NCBI GenBank assembly: GCA_965204565.1
Contig: CBDBEU010000005.1
Coordinates: forward strand, 1,412,366-1,476,365
DNA length: 64,000 nt
Direction: 5' to 3'
DNA from: Hyphomicrobiales bacterium
GTDB taxonomy: Bacteria > Pseudomonadota > Alphaproteobacteria > Rhizobiales > TMED25
Position 1 is the first letter of the stretch. Each line of letters begins with the position of its first letter. The position numbers were made by a program, and so were the translations under genes. The notes under the pieces were generated by a model. That model saw only the letters and a program-made list of their open reading frames with translations. It searched no databases and was not told the origin of the DNA. Shown here in pieces: positions 19,735-29,240 of the stretch.

Positions 19735-21036
19735 ATGAACGGTTTTTGCCGCGATTGCCTTGGTGAGGTTGAAAGCGGCGAGCGGTGTCCGGACTGTTCC
19801 AGCCCGCGTCTTGTCCGCCATTCAGAAATTGACCGGTTGGCGATCGCCCATATTGATTGCGATGCGTTTTACGCAGCCATCGAAAAACGTGACAATCCAT
19901 CGCTTGCCGAACGCCCGGTGATTGTCGGCGGCGGCAGGCGCGGGGTCGTGGCCACAGCGTGTTATATCGCACGGATAAGTGGCGTTCACTCCGCCATGCC
20001 GATGTTCAAGGCGCTGCAGATTTGCCCTGGGGCAGTGGTGATCAGCCCCGACATGGCAAAATATGTCAACGTCGGACGCCAGATCCGAAACATGATGCTG
20101 GAGTTGACCCCACTGGTTGAACCCTTGTCGATTGACGAGGCATTTCTCGATTTATCGGGCACCGAACTCATCCATGGCCTGAACCCCGCACGCACGCTTG
20201 CATCTTTCGCCACCCGGATTGAGAACGAAGTCGGTATCACCATTTCGGTTGGCCTCAGCCACAACAAGTTCCTTGCCAAGATCACGTCCGATCTCGACAA
20301 ACCGCGAGGCTTTCAGATCATTGGCCGGGCTGAGACCGAAGCATTCCTTGCCGATCAACCGATCGACATCATCTGGGGGGTGGGAAAGGCACTGCAGCGG
20401 CGGCTGGCTGGCGACGGGCTGAAGCACATATCCGATCTGCGAAATGCTGGCGAGCCTTTGTTGACCGCGCGATATGGCACGATTGGCCGCCGGCTGGCTG
20501 CGCTCGCATGGGGCAATGACACGCGTGCCGTGACGCCACAGCGAAACCCCAAGAGCATCAGCGCCGAAACAACCTTCGAGACCGATATTGCGGACTATGG
20601 TGAGCTTGAATCGCGTCTATGGAATTTGTGCGAAAAGGTATCGGCGCGGGCCAAGAAAGCCGATCTTGATGGCCGTACCGTTGTGCTCAAACTCAAAACC
20701 GCTCAATTCAAGGCCAGTACGCGAAATGCCAGGCTCGATGTACCGACGCAACTTGCCGGAATTCTATTTGGCGCGCTGGCGCCGGTGCTCCAGTGTGAAG
20801 CTGACGGGCGCCGATTTCGCCTGCTGGGACTTGGCCTTAGCGATCTTTCACCAGCCAGCGAGGAGCCGGCAAGCGATCTGTTTGCTGGTGAGCGGGTAAA
20901 AAACGCTCAGGTTGAAGCCGCGATGGATGAAGTCAGGGCCCGGTTCGGCCCCGGTTCGATCGACAAGGGACGCGCTTTCAGGCGGGGCCGGAAGCCTCGG
21001 CGCAGTCAGGCACGTCCAAAACCTGCATCTCAGTGA
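19735..21036 (+). CDS. dinB: DNA polymerase IV (Y-family) with N-terminal Cys-rich extension
   Basis: ATG at 19735 within ORF 19588..21036; IAHIDCDAFYAAIEKRDNP...PVIVGG...SIDEAFLDLSG. Confidence 0.9.
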   Translation: MNGFCRDCLGEVESGERCPDCSSPRLVRHSEIDRLAIAHIDCDAFYAAIEKRDNPSLAERPVIVGGGRRGVVATACYIARISGVHSAMPMFKALQICPGAVVISPDMAKYVNVGRQIRNMMLELTPLVEPLSIDEAFLDLSGTELIHGLNPARTLASFATRIENEVGITISVGLSHNKFLAKITSDLDKPRGFQIIGRAETEAFLADQPIDIIWGVGKALQRRLAGDGLKHISDLRNAGEPLLTARYGTIGRRLAALAWGNDTRAVTPQRNPKSISAETTFETDIADYGELESRLWNLCEKVSARAKKADLDGRTVVLKLKTAQFKASTRNARLDVPTQLAGILFGALAPVLQCEADGRRFRLLGLGLSDLSPASEEPASDLFAGERVKNAQVEAAMDEVRARFGPGSIDKGRAFRRGRKPRRSQARPKPASQ

Positions 21037-21183
21037 GCCGCCGAGCGTCAGGCCGGCTGCAATCCCGGTCTCATAGATATCGAAACTTTGAGTGAAAGCC
21101 GGCGTCTCGTCCTCGTTTCCGGTGCCCTTGAAATAACTGACCGTAACGCGCCACAAATGCTGATCACTCAGTTGCTCGCCCTG

Positions 21184-22352
21184 CCCCCCTGGCTTTGAGC
21201 GTGCTGGCGTGATTCCGTGGGGATATCAGCGACGGAGGGTACGATGGCTGCACAGCGCGGGTTGTTCGATCCGGATGAGCGCTACGCGGCGTTATCGAAG
21301 GCGGGAGATCCGCTGGAGCGGCTTGCAGGGGGTATCGACTTCGAGCTCTTCCGGCCAGAGTTGCCGGCCAGGGTTGGATGCGACGCTTGATCGTTCCGAT
21401 GGCAGGCAAGGCGGGGGCAGGCAAGGCGGGCGCCCGCCGATGGACCCGGTCCTCATGTTCAAGGTGCCGGTGATCCAGGCGCTCTAAGGCCTGTCGGATG
21501 CGCAGGCGGCGTTCCAAATCATGGACCGGCGCAGCTTTGGCCGTTTCCTCGGCCTCGATGACGGCGCGCGGGCGCCGGACGAGACGACCATCCGGCGGTT
21601 CCGGGAAGCCCTGGTGCGGACCGGCACGGTGGAGAAACTCTTCGCCCGGTTCGACGCGCATCTTGAGGACGCCGGACATCTCGCCCGGATATCTCGCCAT
21701 GGGCGCGGGCAGCTCGTCGATGCCACCATCGTGGCGGCCCCGCGCCAGCGCATGACCGATGCCGGGAAGGAGATCGTCAAGGGCGGGGGCATCCCGCCTG
21801 ATTGGCAGGCCAATCCCCGGAAACTGGCCCCGGAAACTGGCGCAAAAGGATCGCGACGCGCGTTGGACGCTCAAGCGAGGGCGCAAGAAGACGCGCCCGG
21901 ACGGCACGGCGATGGGCGCAATCGCCACGCCGGTGTTCGGCTGCAAATCCCATATCAATGCCGACCGGCGCCACGGCTTCGTCCGGACATGGATCGTCAC
22001 CGACGCCGCCCGGCAAGCCGATGCCCATGCATCACGAGAGGGCCAATGCCGCACGGTCGAAGGTCCGATCCGCGATCGAACATCCCTTCGCCGGGATGAA
22101 GGCACGAATGGGGCTCTTCGTCCGCACCATCGGCATCGACCGGGCGAGGGCCAGGATCGGCATGGCCAACATCGCATTCAACATGAAACGGCTCCTGTTC
22201 CGGGAGCGCAAAGGCGCCGTGGCATAGCCCGGCCCCGGCGAAACCAAATCCCGAACCACAACCCAGGCAAAGGGCCGACACGCATCGCGGCCGTAAAGGC
22301 GCTCTCGTCACCCGATTCCAGGCAGAAGACAGGGGTCTGCAGGGGGTGTCCA
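21184..22352 (+). mobile_element. Defective IS5-family element, copy B (~1169 bp), inverted relative to copy A
   Basis: The track ORFs are identical in sequence to those of copy A on the opposite strand (for example 21521..22099 + equals 15236..15814 -). AGT lies on both flanks (21181-83 and 22353-55). The termini differ from copy A by a few nt. Confidence 0.85.
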
Positions 22353-22355
22353 AGT

Positions 22356-23405
22356 GTTTCCCACCAGGACCCGCATCCTCAACCCGCTGCACCGGCCGAT
22401 CGACGCCGACCCGTATCACTGCCATTGATGCCCCACAGGCCCTGGAGCCGAGGCGCGAGCCCCGAAGGCCGACCCGGCCCGCTAAGATGCCCTTCGCGGC
22501 AAGGAGGGCTCTCCTGCGTCATGACCCTGCAAGCGCCGCCGTCATGGTCATGCTGCGCTCCGTCAGGATGTACGGCATGGCCCGGGCCGCCGGAGATCTC
22601 ATCGAACGGCGCGCGCCCGCCTTCGATACGGCGCTCCCCATCCTCTCGCAGATGCTCAAGGCCGAGGTCGCCGAACGCGAGGTCCGGTCCGTCGCCTGCC
22701 GGATGAAGGCAGCCCGCTTCCCTGCCTGCAAGGTCCCGGCCGGGTTCGACCCTGCTTCCGGCGAAGTGAACGGGGCCATGGTGCGCCGGCTGCATCGCTG
22801 CGCGTTTATCGAAGGCGCGCATAACGTCGTGGCTGCAGGTGGCCCCGGCACCGGAACGACCCATATCGCTGCGGCCCTGGGCGTCCGGGCGGTTGAGCAT
22901 CATCGCAGGAAAGTACGGTTCTTCTCCACCGTCGACACGGTCAACCTGCTCCAACAGCAAAAGGCCCTGAACAAGGCCGGGCGCCTGCCGCGCCTCGATC
23001 CCGTTATCCTCGATTAGCCGGGATACCTGCCGTTCGGTCCGTCGGGCGGGGCGCTGCTGTTCCACCTGCTCTCAAAGCTCTACGAACGCACCGGCGTCGT
23101 TATAACCACCAACCTCAACTTCTCAGTGAGCGGGCGGCGTGTTCGGCGATACCAGGATGACCACGGCCCTGCTCGACCGGCTCACTCATCATTGCCACAT
23201 CCCGGAGACCGGAAACGACAGCTTCCGGTTCAAGACTTCCGCTGCCGGCGGCAAAGCGAAAAAGGAGACCGTCCAACACTTGACCAGGCCTCCAACCAGG
23301 GGGGACATGTCACACCACAACCCGGCTCACTTCTCGATGAAAATCCCGCGGCAAACCTCAGCAGAAATCAACAAATACCCTTCAGATAGTATCCTGCCGA
23401 ATTAG
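22356..23405 (+). pseudogene. istB: IS21-family remnant: istB helper-ATPase gene with frameshifts; istA absent
   Basis: HDPASAAVMVMLRSVRMYGMA...PILSQMLKAEVAEREVRS...GGPGTGTTHIAAALG...VILD*PGYLPFGPSGGALLFHLLSKLYERTGVVITTNL, then in another frame [25 protein letters not shown]. The left boundary is uncertain. Confidence 0.8.
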
Positions 23406-23439
23406 CCAATTGCCCATTTTTGTCCAGGTCGGCGATCTC

Positions 23440-24425
23440 GCTCTAGATCGGTTTTTATTTAATCCCGTTCATATCCTGCGTCGGCGATAACGTCCCAAAG
23501 GTCCGTGACGGTTCTGACGGCTGCCTTTCGTAGCAAAGCCTTGAGCTTTGAGAATGCCATCTCGATCGGGTTGAAGTCGGGACTGTAGGGCGGAAGATAG
23601 AACAGCGTGGCTCCGGCGGCCTCGATGGCTTGGCGGATGCCGGTCACCTTGTGAGCGGGCAGGTTGTCCATGACCACGATGTCGCCTTGACTGCGTTCGG
23701 GCACGAGTACCTGTTCGACATAGGCCTTGAAGGCGACGCCATTCATCGGCCCATTGAGCAGCATCGGGGCTGCCATGCCGGACAGGCGCAAGCCGGCGGC
23801 AAACGTGGTCGTCTTCCAGTGTCCATGCGGGAGCGCGGCCCGACAGCGCTCGCCGCGTGGAGCCCGGCCGCGAAGCCGCGCCATCTTCGTGCTGGCACCC
23901 GTCTCGTCGATGAAGATCAGCCGTTCCGGGTCGAGGTTCGTCTGGCCGCTGAACCAGAGCTGGCGCCGAGCCAGGACATCCGGGCGTTGCTGCTCGGCCG
24001 CGTGCGCCGTCTTTTTTCGAACGTCAGCCCGCGCTTGGCAAGGAAGCGGCACACTGTCGGGTCAGATGCTCGAACCCCATGGCGGCGCTCCAGTTCCTCG
24101 GCGGTCTCATGTAAGGCGATGTCCTTGCGCGATGCCACCAGCCCAAGAATGAAGTCCTCGTGCGCGTCCAGCTTCGAGCCCGGCGGTTGGCCCTGGCGCG
24201 CCGGCCGGATATTACCGCTCGCTCGCCACTGCCGATACCAGCTCCCAGCCGTCGATATCCCGATCGAGAACCGGCCCGTCCTCGATCGCGGCGATCACTC
24301 GTCGGCGAAGGTCCAAACCATAAGCACACGCCATATCTGCCTCCCGATAAGCCTCGGGACACAGAATCATGTGCCAAACCATTTGGGAATCCCCTAAATC
24401 GACTCCGATTACGTGAAACATGCTC
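23440..24425 (-). mobile_element. IS630-family element (a different member from the other IS630 remnants), transposase in at least 3 frames
   Basis: N-terminus MACAYGLDLRRRVIAAIEDG (24212..24421 -), middle [37 protein letters not shown] (23917..24138 -). The DDE part is [25 protein letters not shown]...[13 protein letters not shown]...[27 protein letters not shown] (23459..24052 -). The ends are approximate. Confidence 0.8.
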
Positions 24426-24765
24426 TAGGGTGCAGGTCAATACCCAGAAACACCGGATTGCCATCGACTTCACCAGCCCGCTCTTCAACGATGAAGTAGC
24501 CATCACCGCTAATCGACATATGTGTGGCAATCGAAGAGTCCTGAATATCTCCCTCGACCGTATTGGTCGCGCGCGATATCCCAAAAACTGATCCGCCCGG
24601 TTGAGTCCCAAGGCTGGATTCAGTCACCAGATCCTTGGACACCGTTTCGGTACGCTTGCATCCGATGGTCTGAGAGTTGGCGATATTGTCTGACACATGC
24701 TCCAGCGCGAAGGATTGAGCCTGAAGTCCGGTAATCGCCGTTGTCATTGCCCCGAATATTCCCAT
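24425..24765 (-). pseudogene. Flagellar hook/rod family protein (FlgE/FlgG-like), N-terminal ~113 codons only, truncated at the IS630 boundary
   Basis: MGIFGAMTTAITGLQAQSFALEHVSDNIANSQTIGCKRTETV...GDGYFIV within ORF 24409..24813. This is the conserved Flg basal-body N-terminal domain. The reading frame runs into IS630 sequence. Confidence 0.7.
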
Positions 24766-25018
24766 GACCTGTCTCCAAATGCACGATTGCCGGATCCCCG
24801 GCCCCACCTGCACCTAGCAAACACGGGGACAAGAGAGAAAACCGTTTAAAGATAATATGTTAAACTGTTTCTTGGGATCTTTATTGGCTTGCCGCATGGA
24901 CAATTTTACCGTGCCGGGCGGCAAATGCTGCTGGGTAGACGACCTCGCACCAGCCGCTCAAAGCCTGTGCAACCGCGGATCTCGAGAATTTGCCACGGCG
25001 TATCCTGCTGCTGAATAG

Positions 25019-25471
25019 CTATTTCAGCTCGATCGCCATGCCGCTCAGATCAATAGAAAATTCCAGTCCGATTTTCTTGCCGCGTAATTGTAGCTCAACA
25101 CCCCGCGAATTTTGCAGCAGTGCTGCACCTTCACCACCGGCAACCGCGTAGCCGGATTCCGTAGCGCTATAGATCCCCTGAATGTCATATGGCGAATGCA
25201 AATTGTAGACTTCACCAACAAGATCCGCGCTTGAGGCCCCAATTGTCGCCCCAAGGCTGACACTGCTAATGCGCAGCGGATAGCTGTTATCCTTGATAAA
25301 GAGCATGCCCGAACCACCGCTAACGCCAACGATAAAGCCGGCTTTGAAGAACTCGAGCTGAATGGTGCCGCTTGGCGCCTGTGCACGCGAGGGAACTAGC
25401 GTGACAAAGGCGGCCATCACGGCCAGCACCAGAAACAACACAGTTTTCCTTAGATTGTTTGACATTGACAA
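25019..25471 (-). CDS. Secreted Gly-rich beta-type protein, unknown function (tentatively DUF1134/EipA-like)
   Basis: Signal peptide MSMSNNLRKTVLFLVLAVMAAFVTLVPSRAQA, then repeated G-x-G beta-strand patterning. The family call is from memory only. Confidence 0.55.
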   Translation of the reverse strand: MSMSNNLRKTVLFLVLAVMAAFVTLVPSRAQAPSGTIQLEFFKAGFIVGVSGGSGMLFIKDNSYPLRISSVSLGATIGASSADLVGEVYNLHSPYDIQGIYSATESGYAVAGGEGAALLQNSRGVELQLRGKKIGLEFSIDLSGMAIELK

Positions 25472-25677
25472 ATCCCTTCTGGGCGTAAATGGCTATTGCG
25501 GCGACGCGTAGAATTTTGTCCGCCCAACATAACCGCCAATACTGATGACCTCTAGCGGGCTAGCAACCCTGCGATGATCGGGGGCGCTCATGATATATGC
25601 CTTTTTGTCGTCGGTCGCGAATTTGGCTTATCACCATGACATCCGCATTGAACGCATTTTGAATAAGCCCCTGCCTC

Positions 25678-26211
25678 GTGCCCGGAAGGAGAAAAATCCT
25701 GCAGCTTCTCATTCTCAGACACGCCAAAGCTGAGTCCAACCGCCCTGGATCGCGCGATTTCGACCGCGCATTGGACGCGCGCGGACTGCATGATGCGAGC
25801 GCCATCGGCCGGGAATTGAAAAATCGCGGTCAGGGGCCCGAGCTTGCCTTGTGCTCGCCGGCGCTGCGCACCCGCCAGACTCTGGCCCTGGCAAATGCCA
25901 TGCTCGGCATTGACTGGAATCAAAGATTTGTCGACAAGCTCTACGAAGCTGATCTAAACGATGTGTTCGACTGTATCCACAAGTTTGGTGCCAACGCGTC
26001 ACCGTTGCTTGTTGTGGGCCACAATCCAGTTCTCCAGCACTTCGCGCTTGCAATCGCCAGCCCAAAAACCGACCACGGGATTGAAATGATTGCCAGCAAA
26101 TTTCCAACCGCAGCGTTGGCAGCATTCGAAGTGCCAATCTCTGACTGGAGTGAACTCGGCCCGAATACCGCTCGCCTGGATGCCTATCTGCCACCCCGCG
26201 AGCTTGCGTGA
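25678..26211 (+). CDS. Histidine phosphatase superfamily protein (SixA-like)
   Basis: LLILRHAKAESN...RDFDRALDARG...LLVVGHNP (the RHG and H catalytic motifs of branch 1). Confidence 0.75.
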   Translation: MPGRRKILQLLILRHAKAESNRPGSRDFDRALDARGLHDASAIGRELKNRGQGPELALCSPALRTRQTLALANAMLGIDWNQRFVDKLYEADLNDVFDCIHKFGANASPLLVVGHNPVLQHFALAIASPKTDHGIEMIASKFPTAALAAFEVPISDWSELGPNTARLDAYLPPRELA

Positions 26212-28601
26212 GTAATATGGACCAAGAGACACTTAAAGACGATGACGCTACGGTTGGAGAGAACTCGAGCGACCAGCAAAAGCGCCGCTCCATCATCCGC
26301 ATCGGTTTCGGCCTTGAGGTCATCGGCCATTGGGCATTGGCCGCACCCCGGATCACGCTAGCGGTCATTGCACTGCTTATAATTGTCGCCGGTGCTTCCG
26401 CCAGCCGCATCGGCTTTGACGACAGCCTTTATAGCATTTACAGCAACGACACTGCCGATTTTGAGCATTTCAATCTTCTATCCGATCTGTTCCCGGTTCT
26501 GCGTGATCGCCAGGTAATCTTGTTCGAAGGGCCAGACACAACCACACGCGAAGGCCTGACTGCGATCAGATCGATCCATCTCGAACTTCAATTTGCCGAG
26601 GGAGTTCTGGGTGCAACTTCGATTTTCTCCACCAGAAAGCAAAGCGTTGGCGGCGCCACGCCGGCGCCAATTCTCCCAAGGGAAATTCCTGAAGGCGAGG
26701 AACTGGAGCGCGTACTCGACAAGATCGCGGCCAACCCGCTGGCCGGTGATCGGATGCTCGCACCCGACCGTTCCGCCACCTTGATGACGGTCGCCATTGA
26801 TCCCGACTCCGATGCCATCGCCACCGCTCTTGGCATTCGTGAAGTGGCACTGGAGGTTTTCCAGCAAGAAGCTGACGGCCTCGACATGGAAATCGGTTTT
26901 ACTGGTGCGCCACTCTTGCGTAGCGATATTCTGACATCCCTGCGCCGCGACCAACGCATGTTGAACGGCATTGGTGCTTTAGTCACACTAACCTTGTGTT
27001 TGGCCTTTTTTGGTCGTTTTCGGCTGGTCGCCGTTGCGCTGATACCGGGCATCACCGGCATCATCTGGATTCTCGGGGCCCTTGCCGCTTCAGGTCAAAA
27101 CATCAACGCCATCAACAGTGTTCTACCAACATTGGTGCTGGTGATCGCTTTCGCCGATTCATTACACATGACGGCCTCAATGCGATCCGCCCTTGGGGAG
27201 GGCATGTCTGCCATGCAGGCCGCACGCCGCGCCATCACGCGCGTCGGCCCCGCTTGCGCCATGACTGCAATCACCACTGCGATAGCCTTCGGCTCGCTTG
27301 CCACATCAAGTTCCAATGCTATCGGACAGTTTGGGTTTGCCGGTGCGGTGGCGGCATTTTTTGCTTTTTTGGCTGTCATCACCATTATCCCCTGCCTTGG
27401 CTCGCTGATATTGCGCCCAAGTGACGGTCCAGCGCGCAGTGCAATCGACAGCATGCTCAGCCGCCTGACGTCACATATTGCCGCAGGCGCCAGCAATCTG
27501 GTCAGAGGCTATCCCCGCACGGTGGCTTTCCTCGGCGCGATAATGCTCGCCATCACCACGGTGTTCTATTTTTCGGTCGAGCCCCGCTATGGATATCGCG
27601 ATTTTCTTCCCGACCGCAGCGCTGCCAACGAGGTGATCGACCGCATCGACACCCAATTTAAGGGTGCCGACAACGCGACCATTCTGATCCATAGGGGGGC
27701 CGCGGTCGGTGAGGCTTCGCCACCACCCGCAGAAGTGGTGCGAGCGGTTCACAATATCGTCGAGCGCTCCGAGGGTTTCAGCAACGTCATGTCGTTGAAG
27801 ACAGCCGAACAGTGGATAGACAGAGACCTTTCTGTTTGGGCTGAAACCAGCGTGTCTCGCGACGATCCTGACCTCTTGCGCCTCAATCTTGGCATGCCTG
27901 AACACGTTGCCGCCCAATTCAAGTCAGATGATGCATCCGCTTGGCTGGTTTCAACCACTCTTCCCTCAATGGATGCAAGCCTTTCGGTACCAATGTTCAA
28001 CGAGCTCGACAGCTCTCTTGATGAAGTACGCAATCGGGCGGCGGGCTATGACATTTCCGTGACTGGGATTGTGCCTATGACCACCCGTGCTGGCATTGAT
28101 CTTGTCACATCCCTTAACATCAATCTGGCCGCCGCTGTGATCGTCACCATCGCATTGGTCGCACTTTCCTTGCGTTCCGCGCTGGTCGGCCTGCTGGCAG
28201 GCGTACCAAATCTGCTGCCGCTTGCGATTGCCGGAACCGCTCTTTATCTAACCGACACAGGTTTGCAGATCACGGGAATGGTTGCCTTAACGGTTGCATT
28301 TGGCATCGCCGTCGACGATACGATCCATCTGGTTCATCGCTGGCAACTAGAGTGTGAGGTATACTCGCCGCGCGAGGCGGTCGATCGGGCCCTTCGCCGT
28401 GTCGGACCGATCATGATTGCAACAACCATCGTCCTGTCCGCCGGTCTTGTGGCAACTTTGGCCAGTGGATTGCCGATGGTGCGGCTATTTGGCGGATTGT
28501 GCATATTGACTTTCATCGCCGCAGTTGGCGCCGCACTGATATTCATGCCAGCCGCTTTGACCGTATTTGCCCGACAGGTATCATCTAAAAATCAGGAGTA
28601 G
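26208..28601 (+). CDS. MMPL/RND-superfamily transporter (two 6-TM sterol-sensing-like bundles)
   Basis: 797 aa. Duplicated hydrophobic blocks with LVLVIAFADSLHM and ALTVAFGIAVDDTIHLVHRW motifs. The start overlaps the upstream stop. Confidence 0.8.
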   Translation: MSNMDQETLKDDDATVGENSSDQQKRRSIIRIGFGLEVIGHWALAAPRITLAVIALLIIVAGASASRIGFDDSLYSIYSNDTADFEHFNLLSDLFPVLRDRQVILFEGPDTTTREGLTAIRSIHLELQFAEGVLGATSIFSTRKQSVGGATPAPILPREIPEGEELERVLDKIAANPLAGDRMLAPDRSATLMTVAIDPDSDAIATALGIREVALEVFQQEADGLDMEIGFTGAPLLRSDILTSLRRDQRMLNGIGALVTLTLCLAFFGRFRLVAVALIPGITGIIWILGALAASGQNINAINSVLPTLVLVIAFADSLHMTASMRSALGEGMSAMQAARRAITRVGPACAMTAITTAIAFGSLATSSSNAIGQFGFAGAVAAFFAFLAVITIIPCLGSLILRPSDGPARSAIDSMLSRLTSHIAAGASNLVRGYPRTVAFLGAIMLAITTVFYFSVEPRYGYRDFLPDRSAANEVIDRIDTQFKGADNATILIHRGAAVGEASPPPAEVVRAVHNIVERSEGFSNVMSLKTAEQWIDRDLSVWAETSVSRDDPDLLRLNLGMPEHVAAQFKSDDASAWLVSTTLPSMDASLSVPMFNELDSSLDEVRNRAAGYDISVTGIVPMTTRAGIDLVTSLNINLAAAVIVTIALVALSLRSALVGLLAGVPNLLPLAIAGTALYLTDTGLQITGMVALTVAFGIAVDDTIHLVHRWQLECEVYSPREAVDRALRRVGPIMIATTIVLSAGLVATLASGLPMVRLFGGLCILTFIAAVGAALIFMPAALTVFARQVSSKNQE

Positions 28602-28603
28602 CC

Positions 28604-29158
28604 ATGCGTCTCGCCCTATTTTTCACATTTGTGATTTTAACAGCTTCGGCGGTTGCCGGAATACCCCCATTGGCGATGGCTGCCAGTGCGGACTCTGCAC
28701 TCAAACAACTGCAGAGCCCGGTGGCATCCGATGTTACGCTAGGCAAACTGATCGGCAAATGGTCCGGCGAAGGCGTGGTTCGCCAATCCTCAGCTGGACG
28801 CGAGGAGCCGGTGAAATGCCGGCTCACCACAAACTGGACGGCAGAAAACAAGTTGATGAAGATGCTGCTTGCATGCCGCGGCATCGACTATGTGTTCACA
28901 GCCACCAGTTTCATAGGCCGATCGGGCAGCATTTATCGCGGTTCGCTAAATTCCTCCGTCAGCGGAGAGGCCAATGTCGCCGGCCGCAAATCTGGGAATG
29001 GGCTTTCGTTCAATATGGCCGGCCGTTCCAAGAACGGACCGGTTCAGTCCAGTCTCTCTCTCGCTATTGCCGGTAGCCAGGTGACCAACGTGGTCAAGCG
29101 AACCGATCCTGATACGGGCAAGAAATACACCGCGCTTAATGTGACGATGTCGCGATGA
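28604..29158 (+). CDS. Secreted protein of unknown function, coupled to the MMPL transporter
   Basis: 184 aa; signal peptide MRLALFFTFVILTASAVAGIPPLAMA. It starts 2 nt after the transporter stop. Confidence 0.6.
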   Translation: MRLALFFTFVILTASAVAGIPPLAMAASADSALKQLQSPVASDVTLGKLIGKWSGEGVVRQSSAGREEPVKCRLTTNWTAENKLMKMLLACRGIDYVFTATSFIGRSGSIYRGSLNSSVSGEANVAGRKSGNGLSFNMAGRSKNGPVQSSLSLAIAGSQVTNVVKRTDPDTGKKYTALNVTMSR

Positions 29159-29240
29159 GCTTTTCCACGGACAATCAGGTGCTTGGCGCGGCACATTTAA
29201 TCCCAGCCTGACAATCGGATGGGCCCGCACAGGTTCGAGA

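Noticed and set aside
20848-21156. 102-aa minus-strand ORF downstream of dinB (WRVTVSYFKGTGNEDETPAFTQSFDIYETGIAAGLTLGG...)
   Set aside because: Two thirds of it overlap the dinB 3-prime end in antisense. The non-overlapping 40 codons might be a relic of a gene cut by the IS5-like insertion, but I cannot assign it to any family.
16164-21183. Idea that the pleD-dinB block has already been inverted by recombination between the inverted IS5-like copies
   Set aside because: Each copy is flanked by its own matching short direct repeat (AGTC/AGTC and AGT/AGT). In addition, copy A interrupts one contiguous IS630 sequence. An inversion would have exchanged the flanks. The present arrangement is therefore the un-inverted one, although inversion remains possible.
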